Source: Euryarchaeota archaeon UBA242 (GTDB lineage Archaea; Thermoplasmatota; Poseidoniia; Poseidoniales; Poseidoniaceae). From it: a DNA stretch of 64,000 nt. The stretch is taken from assembly GCA_002499015.1 (NCBI GenBank), contig DAJY01000098.1:4045-68044 (forward strand), written 5' to 3'. Within the stretch, counting starts at the first letter, position 1. Every line of letters begins with the position of its first letter. Below are positions 42,850-51,637 of the stretch, piece after piece. A program made the position numbers and the translations under genes. The notes below the pieces were generated by a model. The model was not told the origin of the DNA, searched no databases, and saw only the letters and a program-made list of their open reading frames with translations.

Positions 42850-44049
42850 ATGAGTGATATGAGTTATAGCGAATTACAAGCCATAAAGGCTGAAATTGAA
42901 AACTCTTTTGCTAAAAGCAAAGGACAATTATCTGCCTTATCCGACAGCCAACTTGGAGTTATTGCTGCCCAATATGGCATCAAAATAAATCCTTCAAATA
43001 GGATGCAAACGCTATCCCTTTTAGAGTCTAATCAATCTATTTTGGCTTGGTGCCAGTCTTTTTCCAAAGGCGATGTGGCTACTGCAGTCGCTGCGGCGGG
43101 TACTGTTGGAGTTGCAACTCAGATTAATAATTCAAAAGAAGAATTACAACAAAAAGCAACCCAAAATGCAAGGAATAAAATTGCAAATGCTTCATCATCG
43201 GTTGTGGACAAAATTGAACGAAAGGCCTCTAATAACCCCATGGTAGAAATGATGAGGAAAAATTTCGGACAATCGCTAATTCAAGCTGGCTATTCAGTTC
43301 CACAACTAACACAAATGCTTGATTCTGATGCTGATGGAATCATTACACAATCAGAAATAATGCTCTTAATTGTCAAAATGACTGGAACCCCGCCTCCTCC
43401 GTGGGTCGTCACCACAATCTTTGAGATATTAGATGCAAATCAAGATGGTGTAGTCACCGTTGAAGAATGGTGGGCGTTCTTAGAAGAAATGGGCTTCGAA
43501 AATAATGTCGTTACACCAGAACCCTCCCCCCCGGAGGCCCCTGTAGTTACAGTAGTAGAAGAAATACCTGATATTGATGAGACCTTTGAAGAAATTGACA
43601 ATACGGAGGAAGAAACACCTCTACAGCAAGTCGTTGAAAGTCCAATTCCTATTGCAGAAACTATGAATGTTGAAGATTCTTCAAGCGTGATTTTAGATGA
43701 AAATGTAAATACTAATAATGAGAAACTTATCAAAGAATTGTATTCTTCGCGATTGTCATCTGAAGAAAGAGTAATTATTGCAAAAGCCAAGAGTAGTATT
43801 TGTACCATTAAGGTCGAAAGAATTGAAAGAACTATGATGGTAACCGACCACTATCGCGGAGGACATTCGATTCTGGGAATACTTGATGGCGGACCATACA
43901 AGGTGCTGATAATGCTTCCTAAGAGTGAAAATGATGTAGTTACGAAGTTTTTGAAAGGAGATACCGTTGTGGCAGAGGCGAAAGTAATTTCTTGGTCAAG
44001 CGGTTTGAAAATAGCAAAGTTTGCTGGAACAGATGCCAAAAAAGCCTAA
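42850..44049 (+). CDS. EF-hand pair-containing protein (N-terminal coiled-coil, acidic linker, C-terminal globular domain)
   Basis: 399 aa. Two canonical 12-residue EF-hand loops, DSDADGIITQSE (nt 43321-43356) and DANQDGVVTVEE (nt 43432-43467), 36 residues apart, followed by an acidic Pro/Glu-rich linker. Confidence 0.55.
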   Translation: MSDMSYSELQAIKAEIENSFAKSKGQLSALSDSQLGVIAAQYGIKINPSNRMQTLSLLESNQSILAWCQSFSKGDVATAVAAAGTVGVATQINNSKEELQQKATQNARNKIANASSSVVDKIERKASNNPMVEMMRKNFGQSLIQAGYSVPQLTQMLDSDADGIITQSEIMLLIVKMTGTPPPPWVVTTIFEILDANQDGVVTVEEWWAFLEEMGFENNVVTPEPSPPEAPVVTVVEEIPDIDETFEEIDNTEEETPLQQVVESPIPIAETMNVEDSSSVILDENVNTNNEKLIKELYSSRLSSEERVIIAKAKSSICTIKVERIERTMMVTDHYRGGHSILGILDGGPYKVLIMLPKSENDVVTKFLKGDTVVAEAKVISWSSGLKIAKFAGTDAKKA

Positions 44050-44050
44050 T

Positions 44051-45241
44051 TCAAAGTAATGCACGAGCGATCACAATACGTTGTACTTCTTGTGTCCCTT
44101 CATATATTTGAGTTATTTTAGCATCTCTAAAGAATCTTTCAACTGGGAATTCTTTGGTGTATCCATATCCACCTAAGACTTGAATCGCTCGTTCACTAAC
44201 CCACATTGCTGTATCGCCTGCGAAGAGTTTTGCCATGCTCGCTTCCTTAGAATGTCTTGGCCCACCATTTTCGTAATGCTGTTGTTTAGCCCAACTTGCT
44301 TTGTAAACCAATAATCGCGAAGCATCTATCCTGGTAGCCATATCCGCCAAATATGCCATTATCATTTGATGGTGAGCGATTGGTTTGCCAAATGCTTCTC
44401 TTTCATGTGCATACTTTAATGCGGATTCGAATGCGCCTTGAGATATACCTAATGCTTGTGCTGCAATACCAATTCGGCTATTATCTAATGCGTTCATGGC
44501 AATAGGAAAACCATTTCCTACCTGATTTATCACATTTTCAATCGGAACTTTGCAATCCTGTAAAATGAGAGTGCAAGTATCCGAACTCCTAATCCCCAAC
44601 TTGTCCTCCTTCTTTCCGACGGAAAAACCTTCAAAACTTGACTCTACGATGAATGCAGTAGTTCCACCGTGCCTCTTTACGCCGTAATCAGAATGGTCAA
44701 CATCTTTTGCAAACAATACAATAATTTTTGCTTGAACTCCATTTGTCACCCACATTTTCTCTCCGTTTAAAATGTAATGAGTACCGTCATCACTCAACTT
44801 TGCTTTGCATGTCATTGCTGCAGCATCGGTGCCAGCACCAGCTTCGCTCAATGAATATGCTCCAACTTCACCTTCGGCTAATCGTGGCAGATACTTCTTC
44901 TTCTGATGTTCGTTGCCATGTAATGCAATGGTTTTACAGCATAACCCTACATGAACACAGTACATTACTGCAAAAGAAGGGTCGACTCTAGCCAATTCTT
45001 CAATTATTATTGATTCTGATACATCGTCAACCGGTGAACCTCCATATTCCTCTGGAACAGTTACACCTTGGAGGCCGTATTCTAGGAATTGTTTCCACTC
45101 TTCGCTCGGGGCGATTTGGTTTTGGTCTCGGTGACTAACCGTGGGCGCCAATACAGTCTCTGCAAAGTCGCGAACTAAGTCCCTAATCATCTCCTGTTCA
45201 TCGGTTTGCGCGAAATCCATAACCCTACCCGTCAATGCCAA
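44051..45241 (-). CDS. Acyl-CoA dehydrogenase
   Basis: 396 aa. Classic ACAD N-, middle- and C-terminal domains. C-terminal IYEGTQEVQRIVIARALL signature; catalytic-base region conserved. Confidence 0.9.
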   Translation of the reverse strand: MALTGRVMDFAQTDEQEMIRDLVRDFAETVLAPTVSHRDQNQIAPSEEWKQFLEYGLQGVTVPEEYGGSPVDDVSESIIIEELARVDPSFAVMYCVHVGLCCKTIALHGNEHQKKKYLPRLAEGEVGAYSLSEAGAGTDAAAMTCKAKLSDDGTHYILNGEKMWVTNGVQAKIIVLFAKDVDHSDYGVKRHGGTTAFIVESSFEGFSVGKKEDKLGIRSSDTCTLILQDCKVPIENVINQVGNGFPIAMNALDNSRIGIAAQALGISQGAFESALKYAHEREAFGKPIAHHQMIMAYLADMATRIDASRLLVYKASWAKQQHYENGGPRHSKEASMAKLFAGDTAMWVSERAIQVLGGYGYTKEFPVERFFRDAKITQIYEGTQEVQRIVIARALL

Positions 45242-45305
45242 AGGGCCGGCTTTCTTAATCCGTTTGCACGATTAATTAAAATGCGATTCATCCATGTGTT
45301 GATAT

Positions 45306-45746
45306 ATGAGAATTAGTGGGCGGTTTCAAGGAGAATGCAGAATGGATGACGATATTGTTGAATTTAGCATCGCACATAATAGAAAATACTCTACTAACCA
45401 CCTTTGGTATCAAGAAAAGGACGAAAGACTGATGATTGGTGTCAGCGAATATTTGGCTATTGAACACGGTGACGTTTTACGAGTCGTATTACCACAAACC
45501 GGATTGGAAGTAGAAGAATTTGGGGCTGATATGTTCTCAATTTGGACCACGGATGAAAAACTTTCATTCCCATCACCGTTCTCTGGACAAATCGCCGAAG
45601 TAAATGGTGAAGTAGAAATCAATCCAGATATTGTGAACGAATCTCCATATGACCAAGGATGGATTATCCTACTCGAACCTCACGAGATTGATTTAGAAAC
45701 ACTCTTGGAACCAGACGAATACATTGAATATATTTCTGAACTTTGA
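45306..45746 (+). CDS. Glycine-cleavage H-like (lipoyl-domain fold) protein
   Basis: 146 aa. YSTNHLWYQEKDE...IGVSEYLAIEHGDVLRVVLPQTGLEVEEFG...SPFSGQIAEVNGEV parallels GcvH (HEW...GITDhAQ..LGDlVFVELP.VG...SPvSGEVvEVN). The lipoyl-Lys position does not align cleanly (a Trp sits where the ESVKA lysine is expected). The likely start is the internal Met at about 45342. Confidence 0.45.
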   Translation: MRISGRFQGECRMDDDIVEFSIAHNRKYSTNHLWYQEKDERLMIGVSEYLAIEHGDVLRVVLPQTGLEVEEFGADMFSIWTTDEKLSFPSPFSGQIAEVNGEVEINPDIVNESPYDQGWIILLEPHEIDLETLLEPDEYIEYISEL

Positions 45747-45783
45747 GACAAAGGTGATACCCTACCATCAGTGGGCATTCAAT

Positions 45784-46356
45784 ATGGCGGATGCAATGCA
45801 ACGACTCCGAAGCAGTTTGCAGAATGCACCAGTTATTTGGAAAGGCGATTACCCATATTTCATTCACCCACTTACAGACGGAGTTCCTAGATTAGACCCT
45901 GAAGTCCTATCCGCAGTTACAGATTTGTGCTTAGAAGCGATAGATTGGAATAATGTGGATTTGATTATTGGTATAGAGGCTATGGGTTTGCCCCTTACCG
46001 CTCCATTGAGCATAAGTTCAGGAAAACCATTAGTTGTGGTAAGGAAAAGATCATACGGTCTTGAAGGAGAAGTAGTAATAGATCAATCGACTGGATATTC
46101 AAAGGGTGAAATGTTCCTAAATGATGTCAAGTCAGGAGAGAGAGTCGTCATTGTCGATGATGTTTTATCAACCGGAGGGACTATTCGGGCGATTATCAAA
46201 GGAATTGAAAAAACTGGTGCGGAAATAATGCACATCATAACCGTTGTAGAAAAGGGGTCTGGTTTGAAATTACTTCAAACCGATTATCCGAACATCAAAA
46301 TTGAATCTTTAGTTCGCCTTGAAATGGACGGAGCAAAGGTTGTAATTCTTGACTGA
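45784..46356 (+). CDS. Type I phosphoribosyltransferase (purine PRTase-like)
   Basis: PRPP-binding motif RVVIVDDVLSTGGTIRAII. The track ORF begins at 45724, overlapping the GcvH-like gene; the in-frame Met at 45784 (MADAMQ) is the more plausible start. Overlaps dph2 by 8 nt. Confidence 0.6.
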   Translation: MADAMQRLRSSLQNAPVIWKGDYPYFIHPLTDGVPRLDPEVLSAVTDLCLEAIDWNNVDLIIGIEAMGLPLTAPLSISSGKPLVVVRKRSYGLEGEVVIDQSTGYSKGEMFLNDVKSGERVVIVDDVLSTGGTIRAIIKGIEKTGAEIMHIITVVEKGSGLKLLQTDYPNIKIESLVRLEMDGAKVVILD

Positions 46357-47533
46357 ATTAACCTTTTCAAAAAAGCATCCTTTGATGAAGGTGGTCATTA
46401 CCCCCCTGCAAATAGGGAACATCATGGACTTAGACCATCACAATTTCGAACTGACTGAGTTAATGGAAAGAATCCGTACCAGTGATCATCGATTAATTGC
46501 TCTTCAACTTCCGGAAGGATTGAAAATGCAAGCCTTAGAAATGATGGATCAAATTGAAACTGAAACAAGTGCAAAGGTAATACTTGCAGCAGACCCATGT
46601 TACGGTGCCTGTGACCTTGTTCATGACAAGATGAAGAATATGGGTGTTGAGATGGTAGCGCATATGGGTCATAGCCAAATGAATATTGAATCTGGTATGC
46701 CAACATTATTTATTAATGTCACATATGATGGAGACCCTGAATTAACTCCAGTGATACCGTTCCTAGAAAATCACCTAGCAATGGCAAAGAAACGTCTCCT
46801 AGACCAAGAAAACCCTGTTGAACTCAGTACAGAAGATGCTCAAGAGAAGTTTTTAGATGCAGTTGGCCGCCTATCACCCCTCACAGGTACAAAATTGGGA
46901 TTGGTTGGTGCAATTCAACACTTGCATTTATTGCCAGAGTTCCAGGTCCGTTTAGAGAAAGCAGGTTATGATGTAATAATTCCATTAGGTGGGGCTCGCC
47001 TATCCTTCCCAGGACAGGTTCTAGGGTGTAATTATTCAGGTGACCAAGATGATATTGGACATTACTTATTCCTAGGCAGCGGTGATTTCCATCCGATCGG
47101 ATTAGTATTACACACTGGAAAACCTCTTGCAATGTTAGACCCATATAGTGGGGAGGCAAAAGAAATGTCTCTTCTAAGTGTTGAGAGAATACTAAGACAA
47201 CGCTTTGGACTAATTATGGCCTGTGATAACGCACAAAGTTTTGGAATCCTCATAGGTGAAAAACCTGGTCAGATGCGTCGCACTCTTGCCCTAAGGATGA
47301 AAAGAATGCTAGAGAAGCATGGTAAGAAAGGTTACTTGATGGCATTGGAACATGTCAGCCCAGAATTGATAGACTTCTATCCAGTTGATGCATTTGTTAA
47401 TACTGCATGCCCAAGAATCGCTATAGATGATGCAGTACGCTATAAAAAGCCATTACTAACTCCGTTTGAGTTAGAGGTCGTACTTGGTGAAAAGCAATGG
47501 GAACTCGGTTACCAATTTGACGAAATTCCTTGA
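46349..47533 (+). CDS. dph2: Diphthamide biosynthesis protein Dph2 (2-(3-amino-3-carboxypropyl)histidine synthase)
   Basis: 394 aa. IALQLPEGLKMQALEMMDQIE...VILAADPCYGACDLVHDKMKNMGVEMVAHMGHSQM matches archaeal Dph2 (vliQsPEGL...GACD...HlGHS), including the iron-sulfur cluster Cys residues. Confidence 0.8.
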   Translation: MTELTFSKKHPLMKVVITPLQIGNIMDLDHHNFELTELMERIRTSDHRLIALQLPEGLKMQALEMMDQIETETSAKVILAADPCYGACDLVHDKMKNMGVEMVAHMGHSQMNIESGMPTLFINVTYDGDPELTPVIPFLENHLAMAKKRLLDQENPVELSTEDAQEKFLDAVGRLSPLTGTKLGLVGAIQHLHLLPEFQVRLEKAGYDVIIPLGGARLSFPGQVLGCNYSGDQDDIGHYLFLGSGDFHPIGLVLHTGKPLAMLDPYSGEAKEMSLLSVERILRQRFGLIMACDNAQSFGILIGEKPGQMRRTLALRMKRMLEKHGKKGYLMALEHVSPELIDFYPVDAFVNTACPRIAIDDAVRYKKPLLTPFELEVVLGEKQWELGYQFDEIP

Positions 47534-47625
47534 GTTGAAAAAAATAGAATTCAAAGCAATTTGCTTTTTCCCTTGCTTCAACTGCCCCTATGTTCAATAA
47601 CGGTTGACGAGAGCCTTCCCTTGTT

Positions 47626-48828
47626 ATGAGTAACTACCTTGACCGAATTGGAGCGGGTTTCGTCCTAGCCAATCCAGAGGGTCTAGATTTTGACTACATG
47701 CCAGATGAATTAGTCGGCAGAGATGACATTCAGAAGCAATTAGCGAGTAAGTTTTCAACCTTATCACATCCTGATGGGACTGGACGTGCAGTTATTACTG
47801 GCCCCGTGGGCTGTGGTAAAACAGTTTTAGCCGGAACATTTTGTAGAGATATTCAACGACATTTAGTAAATAAAAGGCAAATAAAGTATGTTCAAATAAA
47901 TTGCAGGAACGCATCCACTAGCATGCGAGTAGTCCAACGTATTCTTCACAAATTAGACCCTGGCCACCCAGATAGAGGCCTTTCTATGGGAGAATTGTTG
48001 ATTAGCCTACGAAAATTGGTTCGAAGGGATTCTGCTCACTTAATCGTTGTACTAGATGAGGTTGACCACATGTTGAGACGCTCTGGTGACGACCTTCTTT
48101 ACCAACTTCTAAGAATTGATGAGGACCAATCTGGAAAGGGCACATTATCTTTGATTATAATCAGCCAAGAGCAGGTACTAGACCTGTTAGAAACAGCTGT
48201 AATATCGAGGATGGGTAGTACAAATCATATCATGATCCCACCATATACAGTTGATGGAATTGAACAGATTATCAACCAGCGTGCACAATACTCCTTAGTA
48301 GGTGGGACTTTTTCGCCTAAGATTATCCGACTAATCGCAGAAAAGGCTGGCCCAAGTGGTGATGCTAGAAGAGGAATTGAACTACTTTCTGCAGCGGTGG
48401 AACGTTGTGAATTTAGGCAGGATGCGCAAAGTGTAAGAGAGATACTGGTTGAAGATATTCATGAGCCAAACGATGGTGTCGCGTTGCAAATAGGAGTCAA
48501 GTTAGAAGTTGTTGATGACCTTTCGGCACACCAAATGTTGGTTCTTCTAGCATTGTGCAGGAGATTAAAAACTGAAGAGACTATGTCGATGGGAGATGTT
48601 GAATCTCTCTATGCTGTAGTCTGCGAAGAATACGATCAGAAACAAAAGAGTCACACAACGATTTGGAAATATATAAAGTATCTAGAACAGCAGCAGTTGA
48701 TTGATTCTAAGGTTTCAAACATTAGCGATGGAAGGGGTAGGACAACCCATTTGAGCATGCCACATCACCTACCAGCGGACCTCTCAAGTCGCCTTGAATT
48801 GCTACTTCCTAAGCGACTACGACGCTAA
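47626..48828 (+). CDS. cdc6: Orc1/Cdc6 replication initiator (AAA+ with C-terminal winged helix)
   Basis: 400 aa. N-terminal YMPDELVGRDDIQKQL, Walker A GPVGCGKTV, Walker B IVVLDEVD, sensor and lid regions, and a C-terminal wH (YIKYLEQQQLIDSKV...GRGRTTHLS). Confidence 0.85.
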   Translation: MSNYLDRIGAGFVLANPEGLDFDYMPDELVGRDDIQKQLASKFSTLSHPDGTGRAVITGPVGCGKTVLAGTFCRDIQRHLVNKRQIKYVQINCRNASTSMRVVQRILHKLDPGHPDRGLSMGELLISLRKLVRRDSAHLIVVLDEVDHMLRRSGDDLLYQLLRIDEDQSGKGTLSLIIISQEQVLDLLETAVISRMGSTNHIMIPPYTVDGIEQIINQRAQYSLVGGTFSPKIIRLIAEKAGPSGDARRGIELLSAAVERCEFRQDAQSVREILVEDIHEPNDGVALQIGVKLEVVDDLSAHQMLVLLALCRRLKTEETMSMGDVESLYAVVCEEYDQKQKSHTTIWKYIKYLEQQQLIDSKVSNISDGRGRTTHLSMPHHLPADLSSRLELLLPKRLRR

Positions 48829-48895
48829 ATGTACTGCCATGCCTATGCGGTTAGCCTAAATATGGGTCTCTTGTCGGCGAGTTATTCTAAGTGGT

Positions 48896-49393
48896 GTGAA
48901 TATGGCAGTTGGACAAAAAGGAGAATTCGTCGCCGTAGTCAATGATACAGATCCTGCTAACGGTGGCAGGTCTTATTCATTGAAAATTAGTGGAAATAAT
49001 CATGCTCAATTATTGGGCAGAAAAATTGGAGATATCGTCGACGGTATTTTCGTTGGAGAGGGAGAAAAAATTCTTTCCGGTTTCAAATTACAAATCACTG
49101 GTGGTTCAGATAAAACTGGAACCCCTCTTCGCCGTGACCTTGAAGGCGGTTCCCGCCAAGCAATTCTGGTCACTGCATCCACTGGATTCAAGGGCCACTC
49201 CCTAGTATTCAAGAGCAAAGGTGGGGAAAAGAAGCGTTTTCGCTACAAATTAGACGGACTACGCAAGCGTAGAAACTTCCGCGGTAACACTATCACCCAG
49301 GACACTCGTCAAATCAATTTGAAAGTAACTGAAGCAGGTAATAAGAGCCTTGCTGACATAACTTCTTCTGGAAGCGAAGAAGCAGCGGAGTGA
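48896..49393 (+). CDS. rps6e: 30S ribosomal protein S6e
   Basis: 165 aa. LLGRKIGDIVDGIFVGEGEKILSGFKLQITGGSDKTGTPLRRDLEGGSRQAILV and RKRRNFRGNTITQDTRQINLKV match the S6e family. Confidence 0.85.
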   Translation: MNMAVGQKGEFVAVVNDTDPANGGRSYSLKISGNNHAQLLGRKIGDIVDGIFVGEGEKILSGFKLQITGGSDKTGTPLRRDLEGGSRQAILVTASTGFKGHSLVFKSKGGEKKRFRYKLDGLRKRRNFRGNTITQDTRQINLKVTEAGNKSLADITSSGSEEAAE

Positions 49394-49432
49394 AACCCGA
49401 GAGGGATTTCGTGAATTGAGGAGTAGGGAAGA

Positions 49433-50671
49433 ATGGCAAGAACGCTTCCTTCTCAACCTGAAATCAACATTGGTCTTGTAGGTCATGTTGACCATGGAAA
49501 AACAACTCTAACTCAAGCTCTTTCTGGAGTTTGGACCGATACCCATTCAGAAGAAAGAAAGCGCGGTATTTCAATAAAGTTAGGATATGCTGACACAGCA
49601 TTCTACAAAACCAAAGAAGGACAATACTACGCAACAGGTCGAAGGCCTGATGGCGGAGATGATATTGAAAATGAACTACAAAGAGTTGTTTCCTTCGTGG
49701 ATGCACCTGGTCACGAGACTTTGATGGCAATAATGATCACTGGAGCATCTATTATGGATGGAGCACTGTTGATGGTTGCTGCTAATGAGACATGTCCGCA
49801 GCCTCAAACCAGGGAACATCTAATGGCTTTGGAAATCGCAGGGATTGAAAATATTGTTATCGTTCAAAATAAAATTGATTTAGTAAGTAAAGAACGTGCA
49901 TTAGAGTCTTACCAAGAAGTTAAGTCTTTTTTGAAAGGTACAATTGCAGAAAACGCCCCTGTAATTCCTGTTTCAGCCCATCATGATGTCAATCTTGATA
50001 TCCTAATCGATGCTATTGAACAAACAATTCCAACTCCTGACCGTTCAAAGGACAAGCGTTCTATCATGTATGTAGCACGCTCTTTTGACATCAACCGACC
50101 TGGAACACGCCCAAGTAAACTACAAGGCGGAGTTATTGGAGGAAGTATAGTTGAAGGTGAATTCAATGAAGGTGATGAAGTAATAATTGGACCCGGGCGT
50201 AAAATTGAGAAGGGTAACAAATCTACATGGGAACCGATTGAAGCGGTTATTAGCAGTATGCAAGGTGGTGGATTGAATTTGAAAACTATGCATGCTGGCG
50301 GCCTGTGTGGTATGGCAACTAAACTAGACCCGAGTATCACAACTGCTGATAATTTGAGCGGACAAGTCGTTGCCAAGAAGGGAGATTTACCTGAAGTACG
50401 CTACAGAATCGAGATTTCTGTTAATCTAATGGATACTATGGTGGCTGGAGAAGGTGAAAAACCTGAGAAGATACAGCCACTACGCAATAACGAAATGTTG
50501 ATGCTAAATGTCGCTACTGCAACATCGGTTGGAGTAACTAAGAATGCTGAGAAAACACGTACTGGTCTTGAATTAAGACTTCCAATTTGTGCTGATGTAG
50601 GTCAAAGAGTTTCTTTGTCCCGCCGTGTCGGTTCACGCTGGAGACTAATTGGCTACGGAACGATACAATAA
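49433..50671 (+). CDS. eif2g: Translation initiation factor 2 subunit gamma (aIF2-gamma)
   Basis: 412 aa. G1 INIGLVGHVDHGKTTL, G3 DAPGH, G4 NKID, and a zinc-knuckle region. Conserved gene order after rps6e. Confidence 0.9.
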   Translation: MARTLPSQPEINIGLVGHVDHGKTTLTQALSGVWTDTHSEERKRGISIKLGYADTAFYKTKEGQYYATGRRPDGGDDIENELQRVVSFVDAPGHETLMAIMITGASIMDGALLMVAANETCPQPQTREHLMALEIAGIENIVIVQNKIDLVSKERALESYQEVKSFLKGTIAENAPVIPVSAHHDVNLDILIDAIEQTIPTPDRSKDKRSIMYVARSFDINRPGTRPSKLQGGVIGGSIVEGEFNEGDEVIIGPGRKIEKGNKSTWEPIEAVISSMQGGGLNLKTMHAGGLCGMATKLDPSITTADNLSGQVVAKKGDLPEVRYRIEISVNLMDTMVAGEGEKPEKIQPLRNNEMLMLNVATATSVGVTKNAEKTRTGLELRLPICADVGQRVSLSRRVGSRWRLIGYGTIQ

Positions 50672-50722
50672 CCGTGCCAACAAACGCACATTTCATCAAA
50701 GATTGCTGTTCAGCAGTGAAAT

Positions 50723-51097
50723 GTGCAGAGAATAATTGTTGATGCGTGCGGCTGGGTTGCTGTGATTGATGCTGGTATCAATATTGATGGAGCATTGATG
50801 CAGTTAGTGGGACCGAGTCAACTTCTATTATTACCTGATGTTGATAAGGAATTAGACAAGGTTAATTCCCAGCGCTCTAAGAAAAAGTCACTATTGCTGC
50901 CATTATTGAAGGCAAAAACAATAATGATCGATGCACCTGAAGATTCTGGGAACCATCCTGATGACCAAATATTCGCATTCGCAAAGAATGAAGGCATTCC
51001 TGTTTTAACCGTAGACAGAGAATTGAAGCGTCGACTTTTTGAAGCGGGAATTTCTGTAATAGAAGTTGCAAAAAATAAGAGATTGAACATGATCTAA
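50723..51097 (+). CDS. PIN-domain protein (conserved archaeal neighbour of aIF2-gamma)
   Basis: 124 aa. N-terminal IIVDACGWVAVIDAG with the acidic residues of a PIN fold. Its position directly after eif2g mirrors the conserved S6e-eIF2g-PIN arrangement in archaea. Confidence 0.55.
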   Translation: MQRIIVDACGWVAVIDAGINIDGALMQLVGPSQLLLLPDVDKELDKVNSQRSKKKSLLLPLLKAKTIMIDAPEDSGNHPDDQIFAFAKNEGIPVLTVDRELKRRLFEAGISVIEVAKNKRLNMI

Positions 51098-51337
51098 GCC
51101 CATGCCTAAATTAAAAATTGAAAGCGACGTGATTCAATTATTGAGGGTAACTGATTGATATATCAAAATAATAGCATGCGTTTATGGAAGACTCTTTCAA
51201 TTTACTGGAGGTAAATGGGATTAGATCCGAACCGGTTCAATAACCACTTCCCAATGTGATTAACCTAGGTTTCAAGAGCAATATTGCTAAGTGCTTGGCA
51301 TACCTACATCTTTACAGGAATGCTTGAAGATTTAGTG

Positions 51338-51637
51338 TTAAGGCAGGGTGAATAAGACATCATCGCCATGCCCGTCTAATAATCTTAATTTTATCGCTGC
51401 ATCTATCCAAGCATGAGCATAATTTATTGCTCCAAAGGCTCTTACTCGATCTCCAATATTCAAAAAATGATGCGCATCTGAGGAATAATCGTCTGCCATC
51501 CTCATCATTATCGCTAATTGTGCAGATTGGTCACTACCTTCAGGATAGATAGGGGTTGCTTTTTTCCTTGCTCTTTTTGTAATATCAAGATAATGCAATA
51601 CCCTTTCTTCCGTGAGTTCAATAAGTTCATCACTCAT
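51338..51637 (-). CDS. Small conserved hypothetical protein (possibly DUF357-like)
   Basis: 99 aa, helical. Its start overlaps the stop of the upstream beta-propeller gene by 4 nt (translational coupling). Confidence 0.4.
   Translation of the reverse strand: MSDELIELTEERVLHYLDITKRARKKATPIYPEGSDQSAQLAIMMRMADDYSSDAHHFLNIGDRVRAFGAINYAHAWIDAAIKLRLLDGHGDDVLFTLP

Noticed and set aside
47534-47625. Looked for origin recognition boxes (ORB/mini-ORB, TCCAGTGGAAA-like) flanking cdc6.
   Set aside because: Neither the upstream (about 90 bp) nor the downstream (about 70 bp) intergenic region contains ORB-like repeats or enough AT-rich unwinding sequence. I cannot call an origin here from sequence alone.
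50723-51097. PIN-domain gene as a VapC toxin of a toxin-antitoxin pair.
   Set aside because: No small antitoxin ORF precedes it. Its position right after rps6e-eif2g matches the conserved archaeal housekeeping PIN-domain neighbour rather than a mobile TA module.
51098-51337. Possible tRNA or other structured RNA in the 240-bp convergent intergenic region after the PIN gene (contains GGTTCGGATC-like sequence on the minus strand).
   Set aside because: The T-arm-like sequence is part of a simple 10-nt palindrome, GAACCGGTTC (about 51228-51237). No acceptor stem, D-arm or anticodon-arm arrangement can be built around it. It is most likely a hairpin between convergent genes.
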